Positions 50,445 through 60,481 of a stretch of 64,000 bases of DNA are shown in pieces. The stretch's first letter is position 1. Every line of letters starts with the position of its first letter. Below the pieces are notes generated by a model that did not search any database, was not told where the DNA came from, and worked only from the letters and a program-made list of their open reading frames with translations. The position numbers and the translations under genes are program-made. The stretch lies in IMG/VR virus record IMGVR_UViG_3300028591_000146, positions 1-64,000 of that record; one strand, written 5' to 3'. Source of the stretch: a virus (Duplodnaviria > Caudoviricetes).

Positions 50445-50902
50445 CAGCCTATGAAAGACGAGAGCATGTCCTCAATACTTTTAACGACATGAAAAAATGG
50501 TGGCCGGATGCAAAACCCAGCCACACACCTGGACAGCTCGACGGATTTATGCTGGAGGGTGGAATCTCAATGTGTCTGTGTGAAACTGGATGGAATATCC
50601 ATTTCGCATGCACCTTTAGAAGTAAACCGATAGCCCACTACATATTCAATACAGACTCTGGAATATGTATCTGTAATTTAGATTTCTCTATCACTGAGGA
50701 GATCACAGACGTAAGAAACATACTCAGTGATATCATTCCGTCAATGATGCATAAATATGACGAGGATTGTAATCTGGTGTCTGTATTTGAATGTCCAAAC
50801 AAACCGGTTCGCATCGATTTAGATGCTGAGCCAGTCGAGAGATTATCAGCTGAGGAGATTGCGAAACGTATAATCGCATCTCTGAACAACGACAACGAAT
50901 AA
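50441..50902 (+). CDS. Hypothetical protein
   Basis: 153 aa, ATGA overlap, SD GGAGGTG. Confidence 0.75.
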   Translation: MTAYERREHVLNTFNDMKKWWPDAKPSHTPGQLDGFMLEGGISMCLCETGWNIHFACTFRSKPIAHYIFNTDSGICICNLDFSITEEITDVRNILSDIIPSMMHKYDEDCNLVSVFECPNKPVRIDLDAEPVERLSAEEIAKRIIASLNNDNE

Positions 50903-50910
50903 TAATTATA

Positions 50911-50945
50911 AAAAAGAACCCCGATTAACACCCGGGGTTCTTTTT
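50911..50945. terminator. Intrinsic terminator
   Basis: AAAAAGAACCCCG...CGGGGTTCTTTTT. Confidence 0.75.
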
Positions 50946-50987
50946 CTTGTTCCGTATTTATATCATTAATGTGAAAGGAGTGATAGT

Positions 50988-51689
50988 ATGATTGATTTTG
51001 ATAAACTTAAAACAATCAATACATCAATAGATCACATATTCCATGGTAAGATAATGGAATGTGATATGCGAGAAGCATCATTACAGATAGCAGAAAAATT
51101 CAATCTGTTATCCAGAGAGGAACTCGAAAGACTTAAGGTTCTTCCAAAGGAACAACGTGTTGTACAGGTAGGATGTATACAGCGAGATCATCCGGAATTC
51201 ACAGAAGCGTATTACAGTAAGCTCAAGGAAATCAGAAAACATTTCATCGAAGTAAATAAACTCACGGATGATAATATCATAGCACTTCATTCCGATGCAT
51301 TGTTTGTAAATACGAAACGAAAACTCAAGTTGGTAATCGATGGCATTGAGTTCCGTATCAAAGGTCAATGGACATCATTCATGAGATTTGATAATCTGGA
51401 GTTCTTTTATGATGATGACAATGAAGAGATGACGTATAAGAATGTACCGGATAGCTTGCTCAAGCTTCATACAATCGGATTATGTAAACACATTCTCACA
51501 GTATTCAAAATGATTGAGAATAATGATGAACGTATATTCGATTATCTGTCAGACTTCCAATCGAGGTATCTTAAAGGAGAACTCAGTTCGAACTATTACA
51601 TACCATTTGCAAAGATCAATGGTGTTCCTTTGCAGGACAATCTCAAATTACTTTCATTCTTATGTTTGATGGCAATAAAGGAGTGTTAA
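50988..51689 (+). CDS. Small protein with family-B DNA polymerase palm-like motifs
   Basis: MECDMREASLQI (motif A-like) and IIALHSDALFV (motif C-like); early-type promoter at 50954. Confidence 0.45.
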   Translation: MIDFDKLKTINTSIDHIFHGKIMECDMREASLQIAEKFNLLSREELERLKVLPKEQRVVQVGCIQRDHPEFTEAYYSKLKEIRKHFIEVNKLTDDNIIALHSDALFVNTKRKLKLVIDGIEFRIKGQWTSFMRFDNLEFFYDDDNEEMTYKNVPDSLLKLHTIGLCKHILTVFKMIENNDERIFDYLSDFQSRYLKGELSSNYYIPFAKINGVPLQDNLKLLSFLCLMAIKEC

Positions 51690-51690
51690 T

Positions 51691-52326
51691 ATGAATGATA
51701 TATTTGAAATCGTCATACCATATCTGACTTCAAGTAAGAAGAAGACGATGCTGACGATTAGAGTCTATACCGATAAGCAGGAATGGGTTGAACTATTCGT
51801 CAAACAGCACAACATCAAAGTTTACGATGTTAATATCTTAGAACCTGAATCATTCGGTAGAGATTTCCCAGATACTGAAATGCTGGATAGATTCGTATTC
51901 GAATCAAATGTAGATGGACAACAATATACCATTATAACATCAGAAGAGTTATTAGACAAAGCTATCGACTATGTCGGTTCTCAGTTCTCGGGTGTATGTG
52001 TGTTCGGAGATGCAATATTTAGAACAGATATCCCAATCATTGACATTATCAATAGACTGATCGAGAAAGTAAAACATGCTAGCATATTGGATTACTTTAT
52101 GCTGGAAGGTTTACCGGATGATGATATACGAGAAAGATATAAGGCGTTCTCCGTTAAAGTATTCGATACATTACCAAATTCTCCATGTGAAGACGATCTC
52201 GTGGATGATTATATTTATGAAAGTCTTCATGTAAATTCATACTTACATGGAAAAGGTCCAGAAGCAATTACAGTAGAAGGATATGTTGAATACATGGCAA
52301 TGTTACTATCTGATAGCGTTGATTGA
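51691..52326 (+). CDS. Hypothetical acidic protein
   Basis: 211 aa, SD AAGGAG. Confidence 0.75.
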   Translation: MNDIFEIVIPYLTSSKKKTMLTIRVYTDKQEWVELFVKQHNIKVYDVNILEPESFGRDFPDTEMLDRFVFESNVDGQQYTIITSEELLDKAIDYVGSQFSGVCVFGDAIFRTDIPIIDIINRLIEKVKHASILDYFMLEGLPDDDIRERYKAFSVKVFDTLPNSPCEDDLVDDYIYESLHVNSYLHGKGPEAITVEGYVEYMAMLLSDSVD

Positions 52327-52340
52327 AAGGAATGATTACA

Positions 52341-52748
52341 ATGGCTAAGAATCTTTCACCGGAAGAGTTAATAATGACTCATATACCAAAGAAGATTGAG
52401 AAATATAAGTTCATCATCAAGGATGATGAATTGTTTGATGAACTTGTAAAATCTGAATCATTTGATATGGAGATACTCGATACCATTAAGAATGATAAAC
52501 TCGTAGATGTTGGATATCATATGAACTTCATGACATTTGATAGGACAGTTGTAGCAAAGGCTAAACAACCGACTACGATTGATGAGGATAAAGGTATTGT
52601 AGTATCAAAGCAGCTTATAACCAAAGCAGACAAGAAGCTATTATCAGTTGGAGTTGCTACATTCGGATATGAGAATGCATCATATGTAATGGTAAAGTTC
52701 GAGTATGAAAAGTTCGACATTGTCGAGATATTCTTATTAGTAGAATAA
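52341..52748 (+). CDS. Hypothetical protein
   Basis: ORF 52323..52748; ATG 52341 after AAAGGA. Confidence 0.7.
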   Translation: MAKNLSPEELIMTHIPKKIEKYKFIIKDDELFDELVKSESFDMEILDTIKNDKLVDVGYHMNFMTFDRTVVAKAKQPTTIDEDKGIVVSKQLITKADKKLLSVGVATFGYENASYVMVKFEYEKFDIVEIFLLVE

Positions 52749-52757
52749 CATAAAGTG

Positions 52758-52778
52758 GGTGGGGCGTAAAGCCCCACC
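52758..52778. terminator. Stem-loop between convergent genes
   Basis: GGTGGGGC-GTAAA-GCCCCACC. Confidence 0.7.
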
Positions 52779-52795
52779 ACACAGTATATTTTTTC

Positions 52796-53977
52796 TTACT
52801 CAGTAACGTACTGAGTACCTCTTCTATTTTTGAGACCAGAAGGATTTGTTCCTTTATCTCTGTTGAGATATTCGTTGTTAGGATCAGATGCGTAAGGGTT
52901 GCTGATAGGTGTAGATGTATACATAGGACCATTGTAGATCTTGGAGTGATCTGCAGGTTTGAGATCCTTCTCAGGAGGCATAACACGTGTAGGATCTTCC
53001 AGTACAGAGTTGAATACAGGAGCGTTGCCGACACCACTCTGAACGGAATCGAGATCTGGACGCTTGCCGCCACGGAACATAGCTGCGTTGATATCGCCAT
53101 AGTCTGCAGGAATCTTGTCGTCGAAGAATGCATCTCCAGCACCAGGGTTGAAGTTCATAGCATTTCCGAATACAGCAAACTGACGAACGTATCTTGCAGC
53201 AAGATCGTTTACGTATGTAGATTGAACAAACTGACAGCTGAATACGAGCTGGAGTGTTTCAATCTGTGAATTACCACTAGCGTTAGAGTTGAAGATTGTA
53301 TTACCAACCTTAGCGGAAGGAACACAACCAAGTGCCATAACAGCACCATCACATCTAGCACCTGAACGATCAAGTGCAATGATGAGGAACTCTGCAACCT
53401 CCCAAGCTGGTGATGGCTCCAATGCAGAAGCATTTGCACCAGTGTTAGGAGCGAATACACGCTGAGGTGTCTTATCTTGTTTGCTGACAGAACCAGCAAC
53501 AAGACCGTGGTATGTTGTGAGACCTGTGATAGGATCTGCGATACCATCTATCCACATATTGTGGAAGTTTGCAACAGGACGACCAACAAGTTCAGGAACC
53601 TGAAATGTCAGCTGTTGCTGTTGCTGTTGAGACTGAGTTGTCGGGAAGTTGATTGTTCTACCAGAGAAACCACCCTGAAGCATTGCAGGTGTAAGACCTG
53701 CATCACCGATATTACAAGTAATACCGGTGTTGTAGTATTCAATCATCTTCTTGTAGGTTGCGAACTCCTTATTTGTGAATGCGGAGCCGTTAGCACCTGC
53801 AAAGTAGTGCATCAGGAAGTAAGGACCACGATACATTACTGCGATAACTCTGTTATTGGTTAATGGGTTAAGAGAACGAAGTGTATGCACATCAGGTGTG
53901 AGACCACCGAGCATACCAGTGTAGTGTGAGAGATCACCAGTATATTCTCTTATGCCGGTTTGTAATCCAATTGGCAT
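52796..53977 (-). CDS. Putative tail tube protein
   Basis: Immediately downstream of sheath; ELVGRPV..FHNMWIDGIADPITG pattern; high-expression-type codon use. Confidence 0.6.
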   Translation of the reverse strand: MPIGLQTGIREYTGDLSHYTGMLGGLTPDVHTLRSLNPLTNNRVIAVMYRGPYFLMHYFAGANGSAFTNKEFATYKKMIEYYNTGITCNIGDAGLTPAMLQGGFSGRTINFPTTQSQQQQQQLTFQVPELVGRPVANFHNMWIDGIADPITGLTTYHGLVAGSVSKQDKTPQRVFAPNTGANASALEPSPAWEVAEFLIIALDRSGARCDGAVMALGCVPSAKVGNTIFNSNASGNSQIETLQLVFSCQFVQSTYVNDLAARYVRQFAVFGNAMNFNPGAGDAFFDDKIPADYGDINAAMFRGGKRPDLDSVQSGVGNAPVFNSVLEDPTRVMPPEKDLKPADHSKIYNGPMYTSTPISNPYASDPNNEYLNRDKGTNPSGLKNRRGTQYVTE

Positions 53978-53999
53978 AAAATGTCACTCCTTTCTTTCA

Positions 54000-56900
54000 T
54001 TATGCACGACGATTTACATTGACGATAATCGGTACACGTACAATCAAGCCACGGAATGTAACATTCACTGTGCAGATTACGATGTCACCGCCATCAACGT
54101 TTACGTCACGTTCGAAGTCGATTCTAAGTGTTTGAACGATATTTCCAACCCAGTTGGAGAACATGTTCTCACATTCAACCTTCATAGTCTTGAGAATTGA
54201 ATCATCAGAATACTCGAACAGATAACGCTCGATCTTCTGACGAAGCAGATATGTCAACTGAGAAAGTGTTCTCATGTTGGACTCCCAGATGAGATCAGAT
54301 GTCTCATCGTCACCCTTCATGGTTCTCTGTGACATTCTACGAACAGTACCATTCTCATCCATGATCCAAGCATTACCGCCGAAGTTCCAGAGATCTTCTC
54401 TCTCTTCCCAGCTGTCGCCATCGATATCAGGGAATATAGATACGTACTCGGAAGAAGACATAGCTGTGTAGTCATTTGTGAATGGCTTGTTGATTGAATA
54501 TGTCTTGCAGTGTGTGATAAGATTATCAGCACTACGCTTAGCATATGTGTATGTTACACCATCAAAAGTTGTGTAACCACCAACATCCCATGATGCATTC
54601 GGGTTAGTGAATCTTGAGTTGAATGAGTTATTGATGAGAACAGATGTATTGCCATCAGCGAAGCAACTGTCGAAGAGAACACTGAATCCTGAACCAGGTC
54701 CGATAGGTCTCTTAGACTCGGGAATACGATCGTATACACGCTCGATCATCAGATCATACATAGCCTGCTTAACATCAAGGTCAGCTGGTGAAAGATTCTT
54801 TATAAGTGAAGGATCGAAGAGAACCTCATCCTTTTCCTCATCAGTGAAGATAACTGAACCATTGATCCAGTCAGAAACTGAGTGATTGATCATTGTTGAG
54901 AATGCAGAACCAACTACAGTGTTATATGCAGCATCAAAGAGGAATTTAGCAGGAGTTCTGATAGGTGACATGATTCTAGGGTCGATCTGACCTCTGAATG
55001 CTTTTGTAAGCATTGCAGCATATCTGTACTTGAACTCAATCTCGTTGATTGTAGGATCATCGAGGAATCCAGCGTTACCGCCTTCAAGTTGTACACCACC
55101 ACTCTTAGCATCAAGATTGATACCATAATCGTCAGAGTAATAGTCGTTAGGAATTACAGTACCTCTATCCCATTCGATCTTGTAGAGTGAACCTACAATA
55201 TTAGAGATGATGTATCTGTTGATTTCCTCAGGGTTACCTGTAACGAGCGGAGTGTTAGTGCTGTCAACAGCAATCTTCCAATCTACATCTTCGATCTTAA
55301 GCTGACAACCTGTACCAGAACCTGTTGTAGTTGTGTCAAGTGCTGTACCTGTGATTCTGTCACCGTTTACACGTCTTTCACCTTCAGTATCAGAAGGAAC
55401 AACCTCAGCAACACCACCTGTTGTGTTAGAACCAGTAATCTTAGTTACTGTGAACTTAATGCTATTGCTCGAAGAGTCTGTAACTGTAAGAATGTCGCCA
55501 ACAGCATAACCTGAACCAGCATGATCTTCAGTTACCTTAGCACCCGTGTTCTCCCAAGTGTTGACATTTTCTGCATCATATGACAGTATATCATACTTAG
55601 AGTCGAAGATACCATCAACAACTGCACCAGTCTTAGTAGGAACAGGACCGAACTTACAAGAATAATTTCCAAGTATGTCTCTGTGACCGTTAGTTCCAGG
55701 GAACGCAGTATCTGATGTAGTAACATCATAGTTATTGAGATATATCAAGCCATTCTGCTTATCGATAACTGCAAAGCCTGGAATGAATCCACGCTTAACA
55801 TATTTCTCATCAGTTGTAGAACCGTCATAGATAGATATAACGTTCTCGATACCGTACTTATCTTCGTAAGGAAGCTTCTTAATTATATCAGCCATACTAT
55901 AAGCTGTTCCAAGTACAGGTACATCTTGGTCTTGTGCGTCAGCATTTACAGGATACAGTGTGAATGAAGTAATTGTGACTCCATCTTGACCTGTAATGAG
56001 CTGAGCAACCATTTCACCAGGTTTAACACCGTCTGCTTGAAGTTGAGTTGTGTTAATAACTGTATTTGAGTCATAAACCTTAACGATTTTTGACTTGATA
56101 AATCCAGTACCACCTTCAACAGTCATTGTGTGGTAGATAGAATCAAATGTTACTGAAGTAACAGCCTGTGAATACTGGTTGATTGCACAAACTATTGAGA
56201 TTCTTGGATTCGAGTTCGATGAACCTTGAGTTGTGAGATATACATCACCGATGTATACAGACTGACCAGGTGTGTTAATACCATAAGCCATGTTGATCAT
56301 CTTATCCTTAAGAACAACATAATCAGCTGGTTGATCAGGATTGTGTGAAACCTCAAGATTATAAAGACGATACTCCTTTGGCAGCTGAGGAACGTCAGTG
56401 TCAATTGCATCAACCTGATAGAATGGAAGATTTACATCAAGACCTCCATCGTACAGATACTTACCTGTGATCATATCAAATGTGTTGATGCTGAGAGTTT
56501 TGATAGGCTTTGTGTACTGATCTGTAGTATACTCACCAGTCTGCATTTCACCGTTGTAACACTTCATGTATGCTTCGAAGATCTCAGCAACACACTTCTC
56601 ATTGATAATAGGCTTTACAACAGAGCTACCAGCTTCACGAGCTGCGATCTGGTTGTTAACGGTCTCGATGTAATCAAGTCTGTCAACATTATCAATGTTT
56701 ACAAGAGAAGCTGTAAACTCCTCAATTACATCAGATGTACGGCTGTCAAGTGTAGCGAATACATATGCAGCGTTAGCAGGGTTTCTTGCCTGGTTTACAG
56801 TGTCGATAGAAAGATGCATGTTGTTGTAAACAGCACCACGACCAGCAGCTACTACAACAGCGAAGACTCTTTCAGTCCAGCCGTCAGCTCCCTGACCCAG

Positions 56901-57401
56901 TTTAGCGTTCTGAGAAATAATAGCCTGAGCGAGTTTCTCAGGGCTCTTGAAGTTACTCATGATTGCACCAGTAGGTTCAACGTGTGCCTTGAGGAACTTA
57001 ACATGGAACAGTTTTGCAACTGGATCCCACTTATATTTAGCTGTGATTGTCTCGAATGCGTATACTGAATCCTCAGGAGTTACACGCATCAGCTGTACAG
57101 GTGCACCTTGTGCGATAAGTGAAGTAGGATATTCAATTGCCTGACCATACTTCTTACGGTCGCTTGTGGTAATCTTGTTGATACCGTATGCAACACGTGG
57201 AATATCTGATCTAGCAACCTTGATCATCTTGCCGTCTTCACCCATTGGGAAACCGCTAACTACCATTGTTGCGAAAACTGAAGGATCATCAGCGAATACG
57301 ACAGGAGTCTGACCATTGAAACCGGATCTGTCTACAATATGTATGATGGTGTGCGGAAAATGATATTTCATTCCGTATTTAGCCTCAATCATATTTTTCA
57401 A
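54000..57401 (-). CDS. Contractile tail sheath protein
   Basis: 1133 aa; N-terminal PHTIIHIVDRS, KYGQA, RVTPED; C-terminal LRQKIERYLFEY..D and VNVTFRGLIVRVPIIVNVNR. Confidence 0.8.
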   Translation of the reverse strand: MKNMIEAKYGMKYHFPHTIIHIVDRSGFNGQTPVVFADDPSVFATMVVSGFPMGEDGKMIKVARSDIPRVAYGINKITTSDRKKYGQAIEYPTSLIAQGAPVQLMRVTPEDSVYAFETITAKYKWDPVAKLFHVKFLKAHVEPTGAIMSNFKSPEKLAQAIISQNAKLGQGADGWTERVFAVVVAAGRGAVYNNMHLSIDTVNQARNPANAAYVFATLDSRTSDVIEEFTASLVNIDNVDRLDYIETVNNQIAAREAGSSVVKPIINEKCVAEIFEAYMKCYNGEMQTGEYTTDQYTKPIKTLSINTFDMITGKYLYDGGLDVNLPFYQVDAIDTDVPQLPKEYRLYNLEVSHNPDQPADYVVLKDKMINMAYGINTPGQSVYIGDVYLTTQGSSNSNPRISIVCAINQYSQAVTSVTFDSIYHTMTVEGGTGFIKSKIVKVYDSNTVINTTQLQADGVKPGEMVAQLITGQDGVTITSFTLYPVNADAQDQDVPVLGTAYSMADIIKKLPYEDKYGIENVISIYDGSTTDEKYVKRGFIPGFAVIDKQNGLIYLNNYDVTTSDTAFPGTNGHRDILGNYSCKFGPVPTKTGAVVDGIFDSKYDILSYDAENVNTWENTGAKVTEDHAGSGYAVGDILTVTDSSSNSIKFTVTKITGSNTTGGVAEVVPSDTEGERRVNGDRITGTALDTTTTGSGTGCQLKIEDVDWKIAVDSTNTPLVTGNPEEINRYIISNIVGSLYKIEWDRGTVIPNDYYSDDYGINLDAKSGGVQLEGGNAGFLDDPTINEIEFKYRYAAMLTKAFRGQIDPRIMSPIRTPAKFLFDAAYNTVVGSAFSTMINHSVSDWINGSVIFTDEEKDEVLFDPSLIKNLSPADLDVKQAMYDLMIERVYDRIPESKRPIGPGSGFSVLFDSCFADGNTSVLINNSFNSRFTNPNASWDVGGYTTFDGVTYTYAKRSADNLITHCKTYSINKPFTNDYTAMSSSEYVSIFPDIDGDSWEEREDLWNFGGNAWIMDENGTVRRMSQRTMKGDDETSDLIWESNMRTLSQLTYLLRQKIERYLFEYSDDSILKTMKVECENMFSNWVGNIVQTLRIDFERDVNVDGGDIVICTVNVTFRGLIVRVPIIVNVNRRA

Positions 57402-57520
57402 TTCCTTTCATATAAGATTTATCTGTACAATCATATGAATCGCAAATATAATCAATACAAATATTATTCATCTATCTCTATATTTATAGAATCGCGATAT
57501 AACTATAGAAGGTTAGATGC

Positions 57521-57533
57521 TTATTGATTCGTT
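57521..57533 (-). promoter_or_regulatory. Late-type promoter for sheath operon
   Basis: rc AACGAATCAATAA. Confidence 0.5.
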
Positions 57534-57536
57534 AGT

Positions 57537-57562
57537 ATAACCGGGGGAAGTCCCCCGGTTAT
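57537..57562. terminator. Stem-loop terminator
   Basis: ATAACCGGGGG-AAGT-CCCCCGGTTAT. Confidence 0.7.
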
Positions 57563-57566
57563 CTGA

Positions 57567-58523
57567 TTATATTTCATCTTCGCTAACTCTTACAACTGGA
57601 TATGATCTGGACATTTCATCAGTTGCATTTTCACTTACAAAATCAACATCATTGATTGTTGCAGTTGGTAAGTTTGATTCGTCATCAAGTAAATTGTATT
57701 TACCACTTACTGGATCTTTGACAGCGTTTGCATAGTAAGCATCTTCAACACCACGACTTGATACTACAACCTGAACAACACCATCACGTTCATGCTGAAT
57801 ATTTACATTTGGATTTGATATGTCATCCAGAAGTTGTTCAGCTGCTGTTACGTCTGCAGTGACATATTGCTGTGGTTGCTGTGGAACAACAGTTCCTTTA
57901 CTGAGTGAATCAAATATTGAATCAAGAACCATTGTATCATTTGCTGGAGATCCACCGAGTGTTGATTCTGGAGTTTTACCATATGCTGAACCACCTGAAG
58001 CTGTATTTGAGACTTGTTGCTGTTTGATCTTGATATCCGCAATGTTCTTCTTAACAGCAACCTTTTCTTTGTTGATTGCAGTTATTGCATTACGTGCTGC
58101 GGTGATAGCTTGGAATGCAGCTATATCATCTTCGGTAAGACCATACTTATTTTTATCATTGATAGATTCCATGAATTTCTTTTCGAAAGCTTTCAATGTT
58201 CTGAGTTGATCTGCAGCGGTAGCATTCAATGCAGTTATATCAGATGAGAATATTCTATTAGGATCGATCTTGTCACTGAGTGGTGGCATGAATGATTGAT
58301 CGTTCATAGTGTGTAATATAGGAGATGAACTCTCCCAATGTGATGACGCATATGGTGACACGTATTGATTCAACCTGTAGTATGTTGGTTGGGTTCTTAA
58401 CATGTCATAGTTTCCTTCCCATGAAGGGCATTCACTTGAACCCACTGACAGTTCAACAGATTCAGGTTCTTCTTCAGATGTTCCATACTTATTGAAACAT
58501 CCATAGATATCTGCTAATGACAT
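57567..58523 (-). CDS. Hypothetical protein with central coiled coil
   Basis: 318 aa, SD AGAGG. Confidence 0.75.
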   Translation of the reverse strand: MSLADIYGCFNKYGTSEEEPESVELSVGSSECPSWEGNYDMLRTQPTYYRLNQYVSPYASSHWESSSPILHTMNDQSFMPPLSDKIDPNRIFSSDITALNATAADQLRTLKAFEKKFMESINDKNKYGLTEDDIAAFQAITAARNAITAINKEKVAVKKNIADIKIKQQQVSNTASGGSAYGKTPESTLGGSPANDTMVLDSIFDSLSKGTVVPQQPQQYVTADVTAAEQLLDDISNPNVNIQHERDGVVQVVVSSRGVEDAYYANAVKDPVSGKYNLLDDESNLPTATINDVDFVSENATDEMSRSYPVVRVSEDEI

Positions 58524-58527
58524 AAGT

Positions 58528-58842
58528 TTACCTCTCTTCGATAGTATTCATCCAACGTTGAATACAATGGAAACAATCACAGGTTTCATCATCGTTGAAT
58601 GTACATTTAGGTTTTGATCCAAGTAATGATAATATACAATATTTATTATCATCATGATACTTGGTGAGGTTATCATTCATAGTTATCAGAATATCGAATG
58701 TGTTGTATTTATTCAATGATAAGTAATGAGGCTTTCCATTTTCCATTCGGAATAATGGACGTTGTTGCATTTTCTTTTTCGGTAATGGCTTTCGATATTT
58801 CTTTAATATATTTGGTATATCAAACATATTAAACCACTCCAT
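58528..58842 (-). CDS. Small Cys-rich hypothetical protein
   Basis: 104 aa, C...C...CDCFHC. Confidence 0.6.
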   Translation of the reverse strand: MEWFNMFDIPNILKKYRKPLPKKKMQQRPLFRMENGKPHYLSLNKYNTFDILITMNDNLTKYHDDNKYCILSLLGSKPKCTFNDDETCDCFHCIQRWMNTIEER

Positions 58843-58845
58843 TCA

Positions 58846-60348
58846 TCATAGTTTAGTCAAAGTATATAATGCTGAAGTAAACTCCTTTCCTGTTGAATAA
58901 ACTCCAGTACCCTGTAAACGTACGTTATTGACTTTGGCTAACATTAAACGTTCAGCTTCTTCATTAGCTTCGTCGGTCATCAAACCACAACTCTTAACGG
59001 TATCACCATCATAGTCGCCATTCCATTTAGGGAGGTTGCTATTGGATGGTGTAAGAGTATCCTTGAAGAATGTTGCAACCTGGTGATGATCCATTGTAAC
59101 ATCGACATACGGATAGTACGGAAAACGTTCATTCTGGAATGTAATGTCACAAGTTTTGTTTGTTGACAAGATTACAACTCTAGTGAAGAACGCACCGAGG
59201 TAGTTGCCGATAGGATATCGAACAGTATAGCACATACGTTTCGCATCAACGATACCATGCTTTGCAGCAATGTAAATGACATCTGTCAATGTGAGTGGTC
59301 TTGTAAATGTTTCCTGTTTACGATTATCATACATTGTAATCATGATTGGATGTTGATGTTCAGCATCAAGATACAGAATACGGAAACGAGCTCCATAGTT
59401 TTCACGATACACATCAAGCATATCAGCAATAGCACGTTCATCATACATGTTTGCCAATACAGAACCATTGACTTCTTCTGGGTTATTGTGAATAGCTTTG
59501 ATGTTATTGTATGATAAGAATTCCTTGATCTGATATCTAAGGATTGGATTGAATAATGTACACAACGAATGGAGAGGATAACCAGTATCAAAGATACCAA
59601 TCGGAGGTTCGTCTTCTTTATAGGTTGGAGCTGAGATAACGTTTCTCGCAGTCCATACAGCAGTCTTTGCGAGGAGATTCTTCTGAAGGAATCCATTCTT
59701 GGTTCCAAGATACTTCTGAATGTATGTATACAATTCAATGATTGAATCTTGGAGTTTGTTGTGAACCTGTGCAGCGGTTGTAGTAACTCTTGCAGTGATA
59801 CTTTTGAAACCGAGTATCTTCATATAGATAGAATTGATTTCCGATTTAACAGCACGACCATTCTTCATACCGATAGGACGGAAGTTTGGAGGTAATACAA
59901 GAAGCTTATTAATGAAGATAAGATCTCTTGGACACTTTGTCAGGATGTCAACATTGTCATCATTTCTGGTTTTAAGTGTTTTAGCAATATCGATATCATT
60001 CCATATCTTATACAGATCAACAATTCCCGAATACTGACCATCCTGTGATTCAACAAGAACTCCATCTTCAAGATTGAATCTAGCTAAACCATATGCACAT
60101 TTACGAAGAACACCACCACTTCTATTGATGATTGTCTTTGCTACTGTTGGATTGAATACTCTGATAGGAAGTTTGATGTATCCACATTTGTACCAGCGTT
60201 CTTTTGGAGTAACACCAAAGATCTCTTCAGAGAATAATCCATCTGGATTGTATACATTCTGAGCTCTGTAAATGACAGATGAAGTTACCTCTTTCAAATC
60301 ATTTACTTTGATATCTTCTTCTATATTATACAAACCTTGAACTTTCAT
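58846..60348 (-). CDS. Multisubunit RNA polymerase beta' fragment with catalytic motif (probably virion RNAP)
   Basis: DGLFSEEIFG, GYIKLP, VLPPNFRP, ARNVI, RYP, NGDYDGD (NADFDGD); ATG 60348; late-type promoter. Confidence 0.9.
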   Translation of the reverse strand: MKVQGLYNIEEDIKVNDLKEVTSSVIYRAQNVYNPDGLFSEEIFGVTPKERWYKCGYIKLPIRVFNPTVAKTIINRSGGVLRKCAYGLARFNLEDGVLVESQDGQYSGIVDLYKIWNDIDIAKTLKTRNDDNVDILTKCPRDLIFINKLLVLPPNFRPIGMKNGRAVKSEINSIYMKILGFKSITARVTTTAAQVHNKLQDSIIELYTYIQKYLGTKNGFLQKNLLAKTAVWTARNVISAPTYKEDEPPIGIFDTGYPLHSLCTLFNPILRYQIKEFLSYNNIKAIHNNPEEVNGSVLANMYDERAIADMLDVYRENYGARFRILYLDAEHQHPIMITMYDNRKQETFTRPLTLTDVIYIAAKHGIVDAKRMCYTVRYPIGNYLGAFFTRVVILSTNKTCDITFQNERFPYYPYVDVTMDHHQVATFFKDTLTPSNSNLPKWNGDYDGDTVKSCGLMTDEANEEAERLMLAKVNNVRLQGTGVYSTGKEFTSALYTLTKL

Positions 60349-60377
60349 TATTATCATTCCTTTCTGAACGAATGTTA

Positions 60378-60425
60378 TTACGATGGAGTTTTTCCAATTA
60401 TTTCGAAACAATATTTATATCATTT
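60378..60425. promoter_or_regulatory. Back-to-back late (minus, 60378..60390) and early (plus, 60411..60425) promoters
   Basis: rc AACTCCATCGTAA; ATATTTATATCATT. Confidence 0.5.
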
Positions 60426-60481
60426 TTTTGTACTGAGGATCAACATCTTTGTACACTTATAATCAGAAGGAGGAATATAAG

